52,911 nucleotides of DNA from Octopus bimaculoides. Lineage: Eukaryota. The position numbers and the translations under genes were made by a program. The notes under the pieces were generated by a model. It was given only the letters and a program-made list of their open reading frames with translations. It did no database searches and was not told where the DNA came from. How positions within the stretch are numbered: the stretch's first letter is position 1; each line of letters opens with the position of its first letter. The stretch spans positions 44,325,152-44,378,062 of the forward strand of contig NC_068987.1 of NCBI RefSeq assembly GCF_001194135.2. Reading direction: 5' to 3'. Below are positions 38,658 through 51,010 of the stretch, in pieces.

Positions 38658-38835
38658 TTGCAATGTCTCGCGGCTGGAATCTGCCTTCAAAGTCTGTCAT
38701 CCACCTGAACAGTCCATCATGGGGTTGCCACAATGCCCAGAAGCTTCTCGAGAAGTCCGTGCAAAATATATTTGCCACAGCCGATAAGAATCACATGCGC
38801 TCCTTGGCCATACCACTTCTTGCCGGCACAGTGAA
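38658..38835 (+). CDS. macroH2A: macroH2A coding exon 7 (macrodomain); CDS continues to an unlocated terminal exon
   Basis: Acceptor tttattgcag|, donor AA|gtaagt; 178 nt, phase 1/2. (V)AMSRGWNLPSKSVIHLNSPSWGCHNAQKLLEKSVQNIFATADKNHMRSLAIPLLAGTV aligns to human [52 protein letters not shown]. Confidence 0.9.
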
Positions 38836-40901
38836 GTAAGTTTAACACAATGGTACAAATGTTCTGTGCCACGCCCCTTCACACACACATGCATACACAC
38901 TCATACACACACATATATGTATACACACAGACATGTGTATGTATGCAATTGTACCATGTACATTTGCATACATACAGTTTGTGAGCTTCATTTTGCCTTG
39001 CCATAATCTGTCTCTAACTCACATTCCTCTTTGTACATCTTTGATTTCTGCCTCTCTCTTATGGAATTTGGGAATTTGGCTCCTTGTTGGTGTTGTGGAT
39101 ATAGTTGTTACTGTTGTTGTTGTTGTTGTTGTTGTTGTTCTTGTGATTGTTTTGTGGTTGTTTGGATATATGGTTGAGATAGTTGTTCTGGATTGTCTGT
39201 GTTTTTTTTTTTTTTTTTTTTTTTTGAAACAATGGATGTCCAACTTCTGTTGGTATATTAAACAATCAAGTAGAGGCTTCTACATGGTTGCTTAACCTGC
39301 TAAAAATAAGACCTAGATTTCCCTGAAATTAAAAATGGAAGGAAACACGTATATCCAAAATAACATAGTCTTGACTATGCTATACTTGAAACTGTCACCT
39401 CATTTAACACCATTACCGTGTGTTCTGAGATGCCTGTAGCAGAGTCCATTCTATTGCCAGCATCCAGACTAAGTTTGTTTTGAGAATAGCTTCCTTCCCT
39501 CCTTCCCTTCCTTCTTCTCTACCTTCCTTCCATTAGTGACAAGATCCCTGAAAAGTATCATACTTATGCTGCTCTTCCTCTCAGACTATGCTATAAAAAA
39601 AGAGAACAAAACAAAATGAAATAATCAAAGCTTGAAATCCTTTCATCACAATCTACTTGACTTGGGGTTCAACAACAATAATAACTGCCAGGTGAGAGGT
39701 GAACAGTTCAATTCCTGTCACCAATTTTGTATTGTGTCTCTTACTCCTGTAACTCACTCAAAACATTTACCACCCAACAACCTCCTTTAGATGATTGAAA
39801 GTAGTTTGTTACTCTGATGTAAGCAGTAGCAGCAGTGTAGATTTAATGAATGTTTTGTTGGCCTCTACAATGCATCATCATCATCATTTAACGTCCGCTT
39901 TCCATGCTAGCATGGGTTGGACAATTTGACTGAGGACTGGCAAACCAGATGGCTACGCCAGGCGCCAATCTGATTTGGCAGAGTTCCTACAGCTGGATGC
40001 CCTTCCTAACACCAACCGCTCTGAGAGTGTAGTGGGTGCTTTTACATGCCACCGGCACGAAGGCCAGTCAGGCGGTACTGGCAATGGCCACGCTCAAAAT
40101 GGTGTATTTTATGTACCACCTGCACAGGAGCCAGTCCGGTGGCTTTGGCAACGACCTCGCTTGAATGTCTTTTCACATGCCACCGGCACAAGTGCCAGGA
40201 AGGCGGCACTGGTAACGATCACGCTCAAATGGTGCTANNNNNNNNNNNNNNNNNNNNNNNNNNNNNNNNNNNNNNNNNNNNNNNNNNNNNNNNNNNNNNN
40301 NNNNNNNNNNNNNNNNNNNNNNNNNNNNNNNNNNNNNNNNNNNNNNNNNNNNNNNNNNNNNNNNNNNNNNNNNNNNNNNNNNNNNNNNNNNNNNNNNNNN
40401 NNNNNNNNNNNNNNNNNNNNNNNNNNNNNNNNNNNNNNNNNNNNNNNNNNNNNNNNNNNNNNNNNNNNNNNNNNNNNNNNNNNNNNNNNNNNNNNNNNNN
40501 NNNNNNNNNNNNNNNNNNNNNNNNNNNNNNNNNNNNNNNNNNNNNNNNNNNNNNNNNNNNNNNNNNNNNNNNNNNNNNNNNNNNNNNNNNNNNNNNNNNN
40601 NNNNNNNNNNNNNNNNNNNNNNNNNNNNNNNNNNNNNNNNNNNNNNNNNNNNNNNNNNNNNNNNNNNNNNNNNNNNNNNNNNNNNNNNNNNNNNNNNNNN
40701 NNNNNNNNNNNNNNNNNNNNNNNNNNNNNNNNNNNNNNNNNNNNNNNNNNNNNNNNNNNNNNNNNNNNNNNNNNNNNNNNNNNNNNNNNNNNNNNNNNNN
40801 NNNNNNNNNNNNNNNNNNNNNNNNNNNNNNNNNNNNNNNNNNNNNNNNNNNNNNGGCTGAAAAAAGTATATAGGATTACTCATTACATATCTATCTATCT
40901 A

Positions 40902-40944
<43 letters not shown>

Positions 40945-41369
40945 CAGGAAAGTTTATTCTCCTTGAGTAGTTATAAATATGTCAAAGAAAAGAAGATAAA
41001 GGAGAACTACTAAATTGAAATAAATATGGAAAACTAGAGTTGAAAATGTAAGCTACCAAAGAGTATATCGGGATAGAGATCAGGAGTGTTTATTAGTGAA
41101 ATAAAAGTGAAGTGGGGGGAGACAGTGTGATTGTTGATAAATAGCTAACTGTTAATCTATTCTTTGATATTGAAATGAACACAGATCATAAAGATTAAAG
41201 AGTTTATTTTTATATACAGATATTTGAAGTATCTGTTCGTGACTAAAGCCTGAAGAAGGGAAAGAGAGTGTGTTGTGCGTGCATATGTTTATGTGTGTAT
41301 GTGTGCATGCATACATGCGTGATTTTCTTGGTAAATAGTTAAGCTTTGATGTAGTCAATCAGATATTCT

Positions 41370-42700
41370 ATAGTTTTAGAAGGTACTTGTTAAAATGGTG
41401 ACATTTAATCAAGGTCTATAACCTAGTATTCAGATTGTTTGCTGATTTAAGTTTTTCAGTATGAGGCTTTTGTCAGCTATGCATAACCCACAATTTTTTG
41501 TCATATTTCTGCATGATCTGCATGTCATCAGGATTTTCAACTTGTTGAAATCAATTGCATTTTTCTAAGTACAAAAATGATTAGTTAATTTTGTATTTTT
41601 TCTATGCTTCTTAAGGAAGATGTATAGTTGAAGTACTGCTGTTTTAAGTTTATCCTCTACTGTAGTTACATAGCATTTCTATATATTATTATTGTTTGGT
41701 TTAATTGAGGTGACTTCTGCTTTATAAATAATTAATTTGATATTACATGACTAGTTGAGGATAAATGTGTGTATTCAAATACAAGTTAGGGTCAGTTAAC
41801 ATAGTTGGTTTACAAGTTTATTTTTTATCAGTAATATAGTTGTGATTCAGTTTAAGGTTATTTCTATTGAATAGTTTTCTTCATTAATGGTTGATGGAGA
41901 AATGCTTATTCATGAAAGTTAGGAAATTTTGTTTTCATTACTATTAGATGGGAGGGGTTAGGCATGCATGTGATATTATTTTTGAATCCACTAGTTTCTA
42001 GTGTTTTATTCTAATTGGGAATTGGTGGGCAATCTCTTTACTCTATGACAGATTAGAGATTCTTCTACTAGTATCATTAATTACATTTTTCAAAATTATG
42101 GATAGTTGCAAGAGTTTATATTAATATATGTGAATTTTTGATTAAATGTACTGTAAGGTTGGTGTTTGTGGTTAAATTGATGGTAACATCTAAGAAATAT
42201 TAAGGTTAGTGATTATAATTATTTGTAGGCTGAAATTTTTGAAGGCTTTTTTCTAAATGTATTGGCTTGTTGGCTTATAGGCAACCCACCATCTCTATGC
42301 ACATCAATATCTATTGAGGTAAATTTCTTCTTAAGTGTATCCAGGATATATAAGCATACAACATTATATATCCCAGTCCTGTCAAACAAACTCATAATGA
42401 CAGTGAATGTACTTATGAGATCTGACTTTTTACCTCAAGTAGAATTTTTATCAAATAGTGAAGTTTTCCCAGTTTGCATGATGATATCTATATCATTGTA
42501 ATCTATATTGTTATATATTCTAGTAAATTTCAGGGTATTGTTGACTATAGTTTTTGAGATCACAAGTTGAAGTTCAACAATATTGAAGAGTTCTTTTTAT
42601 TAATAATATTATTAAACCAGCAATAGAGTAACTGTACTACAATCATTCTATTGCTGGAGGTTATTTCACTTCCTTACCTTTCTGCTGATATAACTTAGAG
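41370..42700 (-). mobile_element. Degenerate Penelope-like element (RT and GIY-YIG endonuclease)
   Basis: Manual minus-strand translation gives DIDIIMQTGKTSLFDKN, VVCLYILDTL and IDVHRDGGL (compare GLYRDDGL), then IIYKAEV, CGLCIADK and KCHHFNKYLL. Many stops and frameshifts. Confidence 0.8.
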
Positions 42701-42877
42701 ATTTTTTTAATAATACAGTCACAGTTTTTATATACATATATTTTAAGTATATATGTGTATGTATAATATTTTTTCATATTTATAGGCCTGTATGTGGATG
42801 CAAGTATCTATACCAAATTGCATTTATGATCACATATGTATATGTGCACATAAGCATGTTTGTGAGTGATTAGGGTG

Positions 42878-42959
<82 letters not shown>

Positions 42960-43957
42960 AATATACTAAGTATTTCACAATTCACCAGTCAATTGAGTCA
43001 TCAGGATTCAATTCCCCATCACAGCAATCTATATTTCGTTATGGGCACTGCAATGTAATAATAGTGTACCCAGCAACCTAACTTGTTGAAGGACGTTCAA
43101 CACCTGATAGGACTTGCTTCACTACATTCACATTTTAATTAAACTTGGAAAAGACATCAACACTATTGGTCCTCAGTTTATTCTCTTGTTAAACTCTAAG
43201 GTTTCATGCTTATGTACATATTCTGATGGAATTGATGGAGTGAGAAACAAAACACCTGGCAGTGTTAAGTTACATCTTTTATATTCTAAGTTCACATTAT
43301 ACCAACATCAAATTTATTTTCTACCCTCCTTGGGTCAATTAAATATTTACAAGAGAATTTAAAAAACAATAAAATGAATGCTATAAAATAAACCTAACCC
43401 TACCCTTAAATTTGTGACTCTGTTCCAATGTTAGAAATAGTTATTTCAATGTGTGCTGTATACATGTGCATATGGTATGTCTATGTGTGAATATATATGT
43501 ATAAATATGTTGTGTATCTTATGTATATCTATCTGCATATAATCATATACACTTATGCATATAGTAACACATGTGATATGCATATAGTCCTGCATGTGTA
43601 TAACAGGCATTTGTGTGCATCTAGTTACACATATATTTGCATGTAGATATGTACATCTATGCATGTAATTATACATGTGTGCATGTAGCTATGCATGTGG
43701 CATGTGGCTGTTGCTTGTTGTGAAGTGCTATTTAGACAGACGCTATGGTATGTATGTGTGTGTATTTGTGTATATATATGTGTATGTGTGTGTATATATA
43801 TATTATGTATGTATTCATATTTATATAACACAGTATTATGAATCCATTTCACTTGATTTTACCAATCAGTATCACACTCAAGAGTTAAGAAAACCTGGAA
43901 AATCCCAGCACTCATCAGAAGGTCAGAAGGGTGCATTTGTGTGTGTGTATGTATTTG

Positions 43958-44400
43958 TTATGTGCAACAGAAGCAGTATTAGTTTAAACTAGCAATTTAT
44001 ATATCATACTTAATGCTGATATATCATGGAAAGCCAAATTTACTGTGGTATCCATCCTGTGATAATATCTCTTACAAATTTACAGTGCTAAATAGCACAA
44101 AAATACCTCTGTAGCAGGCAAAAATCATCCACCATTTCTGCCTCTTTGGGCTTCATCAGTAGCAAGTACCCACTGTCAACTGCATTACTAAGACAAAATC
44201 TTAGTAAAGGGAAATGGTGATTGAATAATCACTGATATAGCAACTAGATGACTGGCTGAATAAAAATTTTTTATGTGCAACAGAAACAGTATTAGTTTAA
44301 AATAGCTGTAGGTGTGTCCTGCTTAATGCAGAAACATCGTGGAATGTCAAATTTACTATGATATTCATCCTCAGCTAATATCTCTTATAGATGTACAGTG
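43958..44400 (-). mobile_element. 1.4 copies of a 313-bp tandem unit containing a hammerhead ribozyme (retrozyme-like)
   Basis: 43961-44087 aligns ungapped to 44274-44400 with 26 mismatches in 127 nt; the period is 313 at both ends. Confidence 0.6.
44086..44164 (-). ncRNA. Candidate type I hammerhead ribozyme
   Basis: UGCUA-CUGAUGA-A-GCC(CAAAGA)GGC-A-GAAA-UGGUG...32-nt loop...UGCUAU-U-UAGCA. Core is intact; stem I has 5 bp; stem III has 6 bp including 3 G-U; the base of stem II is an A-A mismatch; the triplet is AUU. Confidence 0.55.
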
Positions 44401-44739
44401 TGTGTGTATATGTTTGTGTCTCCTTGTCTTGACACCATGAGGAAGTTATAAATGAGTGCTACTGACATACAAACAGTGTTTTTCATTTCCAGTATTCTGC
44501 AAAACCATGTCTGGTCATGGGGAAATATTATTTTGCTTGGAAACAAGTGAGAGTTGGCAACAAGAAGGTCATCCAGCCTTAGAATATCAGCCTCAATAAA
44601 ACTCCATCTAACTCATGCAAGTATGGAAAAGTGGACATTAAAACAATAAGATTGTACCAGGAAGCAATAATACCAATGTTATCTTCTAAGTGAAACAAGT
44701 GCCAGAGAAGTATTTAGTTAGGAGTAATCAGCTGTCCAT

Positions 44740-45395
44740 ACCTTTTGTTCATTGAGAGAAGGCGTATGACAAGGTTCTTCATTCTGTAAACTGGTAGCCA
44801 CTAAGGAAACTAGGGGTTGATGAATGACTAAAGGCTGTGCAAGCCATATATATAGATGTGATTAAGAAGGTGAGAGTCAGCAATGAGTTCAGTGACAAGT
44901 TTTAATGTGCAGACAGAACGTTACAGGGCTCAGTCATTATCCTCCTTTTATTTATCATTGTCTTCTAAGCTATAGCAGAGTGGTTTAAAAGCTGGCTGTC
45001 TGTAAGAATGCCTATATGCTGATGAGCTCATTCAGGTAAAGATTTGGAGAAGAAATTTTAGACATAAAAGTAAAAGCTAAAATAAAAAGGCTTGAAAGTA
45101 GATATGATGAAGACTAAAATTTTAGTAAGTTGGAGAAAAAAAAACAGAACCTTACTACTATCAGAGAAATGGCTGTGTTCAATATACAGAATAGGACCAG
45201 GTAGAAATTCTGAATGTTACATGCTCTGCATCACTCTGAAGCAGTGTAGAGGAATTGCAGACAGGCTAATGGAAGATATAGATTTCATATGTAACAGGTG
45301 GACAGGTGCAGTAAGCACTAAGAGATACCCTTGAAATAGATTCTCTCAAATGCCTGAACATGCTTTAGAGGAAGTTGATAGCTTTTGTTACCTAA
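44740..45395 (+). mobile_element. LINE reverse-transcriptase remnant
   Basis: FVH*EKAYDKV, LQGSV, LYADEL and EVDSFCYL motifs, with stops and frameshifts. Confidence 0.8.
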
Positions 45396-45809
45396 ATTAC
45401 CTCATTAGCTATAGAAGCAGGTGATCTAAAAGCATAAGAGCCAGAATAAGAGGTTAGAAAAATATCAATATTACTTCTATTGGTAAAAATAAAATGGGAC
45501 TTCTTTCTCTCTCTCATTGCTTTATTGCTTATGCTCTTTGCATCATCCTCTCTCCTATTCACTCCATTATACCGTGTAACTAGAAATTGCATTAAATCTG
45601 CCCGAACCTCTCATTTTCTCATTCGCCCTATCTCCACTCATCCTCTCCTATTCAGTGCACCATCCTGCCCATATAGCAAAGGAGAGCATTGAACCTCTGC
45701 ATATTTTGCCACCATCCTATACACTCTCCCTCCCCATCCTTGCATCCATGAAAACACATCTGGCATTTGGATCTGTACACATCTGATATATCCTTTCTGA
45801 CATACATCA

Positions 45810-45848
<39 letters not shown>

Positions 45849-47401
45849 ACAAACATTACTGTCACCCAGCACTATTTCGCTTCCATTGCTATTTTCTCCC
45901 ATCGTACCCATGCTCCTCTTGCCCATTCACCTTATCCCTTCTGTCAGTACTCTTTGTTCTGTTCAGCCTTTGCTGCTCATGCTACCTTGAACAAATGGAG
46001 ATGTTACAGGGATAAGAGGAACTTTTAGTCTCCTTGAGAGCATGACAACCTCTCCAGATCTGGTTCCACAATTAAATGCATTTAATGCTCTCTGTAAAGG
46101 TTTTAGTGTTAGAGGGGTTCCAAAAATTGGAGCATCAAAATATGGTCTTTTGGTTTTGGGGGAATGCACAAGATGTGAATAACAATTACTTTAAACCATA
46201 AAGAATTGTCCCTACTATGCCTGTCTGGAAAGCAGACATAAGATTATAAAAATGAGATTGTGTGTGTGTGTTTGTATATGTGGATGTTGTGGACTCCCCT
46301 GTTGTAGATGACAGATGAGATATCCACAGTTTCTTACTGAACAACCTGTACAAATGATTTGTTTACAGTGATCAAATGTTTGTACTGTACACTAGCTCAC
46401 TCCCTTCATCAAATCGACATTGCCTGTACAGGTGCACAGCATGCTACATGTCAGATGTCAAAGTGATCACAGAGCAATGTCAGATGAAATATTTCCCAAC
46501 CGATCCAGGAATCAAGTCCATGATCTCATGATCATGAGTGCAACATTCTAACCACTTGGTCACATGCCTGGTGTGTGTGTTTGTGTGTATTGAAGGTTAT
46601 TTCAGAATGCTGAGCCTTACAAAGGAGATTACAGAAGACCAAGATGTGGGGCATTGTTGTACTCAAGAAGATCCACCTACCACAGCAAAATTGAAATCCT
46701 AAAACCAAGGTGCCATGTAAAAGGCATTGGTGTGGGTGTTGGTGCCATGTAAAAAGCACTGGTGATGGTGTCAGATAAAAAACACCCAGTGCACTCTGTA
46801 AAATGGTTGTCATTAGGAAAGGCATCCAGCCATAGAAACCAACCCAGAGCAGACTGTGGAACCTGCTGCAGCCCCTGGCCTTGCCAATTCCTGTCAAATT
46901 GTCCAGCCCATTTCCAGCATGGAAATAAGACATTAAATATTGATGATGATGGTGCTGTGTGTGTATGTGTCTGTGATGTACATGTGGCTGTGTGAAAGAC
47001 ATTTGCTTCCCAACCACATCGTTCTGGGTTCAATCCCACTGCTCCAAGTTTACCAAAGCTTTGTGAGGGGATGTGGATGATAGAAAGAAGCCCATCATAT
47101 ACATATGCATGAGTGTGCTCGCACTTGTGCATATTTCTGTCTCCCTCTCTTGAATGTGTGTTATAGTTGCAAGCATTACTGCCATACAAATAATGTCGTT
47201 CATTTCCAAAATTCTGCAAGAATATGTCTGACCATGAGGATAAATTACCTTGCTTGAAAACAGGTGAGGATTGGCAATAGAAAGAGCATCCAGCCATAGA
47301 AAATCTGCTTTGAATAAACTCCATTTGATCCATGCAAGCATTGAAAAGTGGAAGGCAAGTGATGATAAGGATGTGTGTGTGTCTGTGTGTGTATACGATT
47401 G

Positions 47402-47670
47402 CAGCGTGGAAGGTGTTTATAAGCCATTTAAAAACACACAAAAACTGTTAGATTCACTTCAACATTTAAATTTAATTTGTCAAAGTATTTTCGTTGCTTT
47501 GAAACCGCATCCTATTCACTAACAAAATTTTGTGCTGCATGGAACTTCGTCAGTGAACAGGTTGCAGTTTTAATGCAACGAAAATACTTTGACAAATTAA
47601 ATTTAAATGTTGAAGTGAATCTAACGGTTTTCGTGTGTTTTTAAATGGCTTATAAACACCTTCCACACTG
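47402..47670. mobile_element. Foldback element with about 120-bp arms
   Basis: cagcgtggaaggtgtttataagccatttaaaaacacac...gtcaaagtattttcgttgc is inverted at 47550-47670. Confidence 0.8.
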
Positions 47671-47990
47671 AACCTGTTTTTGCTTCAGCACACGATCTCA
47701 GATCAGGTTACTTGCTCTGCAAGTACATCTCCATAATATTTATATATATATACATGTATGTGTATATATATATACATATTAATATATATATATGTATGTC
47801 TATGTGTGTATATATATATATATATTTATATATTCAGTATGAGAACATGGGTAATGGGTAAAATATTATTATAAAATTTGGTAATTATTCATATATTAAT
47901 TAATATCGATTATTTTATCAGGAGGCCAGCACATCTAAAGAATCAAAGAGATTCAGAAATATTATCTGCAATCTCAGGGGATTAAGGTAC

Positions 47991-48146
47991 ATTTTAAAAA
48001 ATAACGTCGACCACTAACGTGGACCACATTTTGGTATGCTGCTATATTTCATGTTGAGAACAATTTAGGTCTTAATAGACACAAGATGTGATCTATTTCT
48101 AGCACATTAATTGTCCACGTTAGTGGTCGACGTTATTTTTTAAAAT
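47991..48146. mobile_element. Small MITE-like element with perfect 34-bp inverted repeats
   Basis: ATTTTAAAAAATAACGTCGACCACTAACGTGGAC (47991-48024) has its exact reverse complement at 48113-48146. Confidence 0.8.
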
Positions 48147-48339
48147 ATATATTTATATATGTATGTGTGTGTATATATATTTATATATATATATGTATGT
48201 ATGTGTGCATATATATATGTATATATGTATGTATGCATATATATATGTGTGTGTGTGTGTGNNNNNNNNNNNNNNNNNNNNNNNNNNNNNNNNNNNNNNN
48301 NNNNNNNNNNNNNNNNNNNNNNNNNNNNNNNNNNNNNNN

Positions 48340-48377
<38 letters not shown>

Positions 48378-48639
48378 GTACATATAAATATTTAAAAAAT
48401 TGGTTAGTTGTCCAAAAAAGCATGCTTTAAAAAGCATTTTGAGACAGTTACATGTAGTTGTATTGATTATAGCCAGCCAGTCAGGAAGTTACTATTGGTT
48501 TCCCATCTAATTATTGCACTTGATAATGCAGAGACCTGCTGGTCAGAGGCACATAAAAATAAGTCATGGTCAGTTTGGTGGTGAAAAATCCCTGTTGTGG
48601 CAGCAGCAACAACAGCAGTAGCAGCATGAACAATATAAG

Positions 48640-48975
48640 GATATGCACAGAAATATTTTGAAGCAGTGGAGGGCCTCTTTAAGACCACACTAGATAACAC
48701 AAGTCTTCTTTTAGAATCCCAAAGAGATGCAATGTTACAGCATTAGCCAGATATATATGACATTTAAATGAAGAGGGAACACCAAGCAGAATTAGATGGA
48801 AACTACTGGAACAACCTGGACCATACTCAATAGAAGCAGTTGGTACAAACTTTGCTTGGCCGAGAGGACAATGATCCTAAAAACTTTGCATGATGTGGGT
48901 ACCTTCTTGAATTCAAAGAGTGAAATTTTTAGTCAGTGCTCTCATGATAGAAAATTTATTTTGGAAACATTGTCT
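48640..48975 (+). mobile_element. Penelope-like GIY-YIG C-terminal remnant
   Basis: HKSSFRIPKRCNVTALARYI*HL...IRWKLLEQPGPYS, then LCLAERTMIL...LNSKSEIFSQCSHDRKFIL. Confidence 0.75.
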
Positions 48976-49729
48976 TCCTCATTGTGAATGTAAAACATAT
49001 ACTGACTGATTTCAGACACAGCTGGAATCATTCAGAGGGAGGTAACTTTGCCCCTTCCAGAATGGCTATTTTTGTTTCACGGATTTTTTTCCCCCACGAA
49101 ACTGACCAAGACTGTATTTTTTACTTCCATTAGTAAAGAGATTATGTGCCTCTGGCCAGCAGGTCTAATAAGTTGCCTATATTACCAAGAGCAGTAATAG
49201 ACATGAAACCAATGGTAATTTTCTGATCCTCCGTAACCAATGATATATTACTCAACTACATAAAATATATATGCATATATATATATGTGTGTGTGTGTGT
49301 ATTAAATGAACTCAGACACTCCCATGAAAAGAAAAGTCAAGGTTTTAAAAAATATAACAACAAATTTAAAGCCATCTATAGATTTGCAAAAGTGTCTGCT
49401 TCAGTATGATACAAGATAGGATTGCTGTTCGAAGAAAATGACTCTCTGACTGCAGACCCCAAATTTGCAATACTAAAGTGTTTTCACATCTTCATTGGGA
49501 CACTCGCTAATAACTATGCCTGATGGGTTCTTCCATACCACAGCTCTACTTGAAGGGATGAATGCATGTCTGGTCATGGGAAATATTACCTTACTGAGAG
49601 TTGGTGACAGAAAGAGCGTCAAGCTGAAGAAAAGCTGCCTTAGTAAATTCTGTTCAACCTGTGCAAGCCAATTGGCTTGGCTTCAAGAATCTGTCTTGTG
49701 ATTCTTTCCTGCAACATATATATGTGTGT

Positions 49730-49767
<38 letters not shown>

Positions 49768-49891
49768 NNNNNNNNNNNNNNNNNNNNNNNNNNNNNNNNN
49801 NNNNNNNNNNNNNNNNNNNNNNNNNNNNNNNNNNNNNNNNNNNNNNNNNNNNNNNNNNNNNNNNNNNNNNNNNNNNNNNNNNNNNNNNNNN

Positions 49892-49922
<31 letters not shown>

Positions 49923-50968
49923 TGAGTGGACAAATAAAAGAAGAGGGCACATTTAGTAGGAGTTACATATATTATTTAAAACAGTTCAATTTGTTTCTAT
50001 GCTCCTTCAAGTTTCAGCATTTCTGAAGCCTAAAGGCTTGAGCTCCTGTTAAATTTGAAGTAGCACAGTACCAAACTGTTTTAAGTAATGTGTGTGTGTA
50101 TGTAGTCTTGGCTGTGTGGTAAGAAGTTTGCTTCCTACCCACATGGTTCTGGGTTTAGTCCCACTGCATGGTGGAACTAAACCATGGTACTTGGAGAAAG
50201 TTGTCTTCTGCTTTAGCCTCAAGCTGACCAAAGCTTTGTGAGTGGGTTTAGTAGATGGAAACTGAATGAATCCTGTCGTGTGTGAGTGTGTTTATGTTTG
50301 TCCCCTATCATCACTTGACAACCAGTGTTGGTTTTTTTACATCCCCATAACTTGGCAGTTTGGCAAAAAAAGATCAATTACTGATTCTATGATAGAGAGA
50401 TTTTGAACTCATGAATGTGAGCTACCTAAAATATTTATGTCAACCATTCAATCTAATCATTTTAGCCCACAATTCCACATGATCCAGCCTCTTTTGTCCA
50501 ACCTGTCCACTTCACAATCCTTCTTAATTCCTACTCTAATTCACTCTTCCACCTTAACCAAACTCATCAAGCCACAATAACCAAACCAAACATAACTCCT
50601 CACCATGAAAAGCACATCTGAACTATTCTATGTTCCACCTCTGTCAGAGTGAAGTAAATAAAGTACAGTATCTTAGAAATATAGTCTTTAGAAACATCTT
50701 AATGTAATGTTAGAGATGAGGCACATTTTTTTTTACTCTTTTTCCTCCTACTTTTCTTCACATGTTTTCTGTATCATATTTTTGATTTCTCTTTTAAATT
50801 CTATTTGTGCTTGTAATTTTACATACATGTACACACTCCATGCATACACACTTTCAAACATATGCATATAAATGTGCACACATACATATACATATATATA
50901 CATGTATACTCATGTACACCCAAATACATACATACATTTACATGCACACACATGCATACATATGCTTA

Positions 50969-51010
<42 letters not shown>

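Noticed and set aside
224-50026. Many long ORFs of X, YI, SL, ER or HT repeats
   Set aside because: They are artefacts of N gaps and (TA)n/(GA)n/(CA)n microsatellites.
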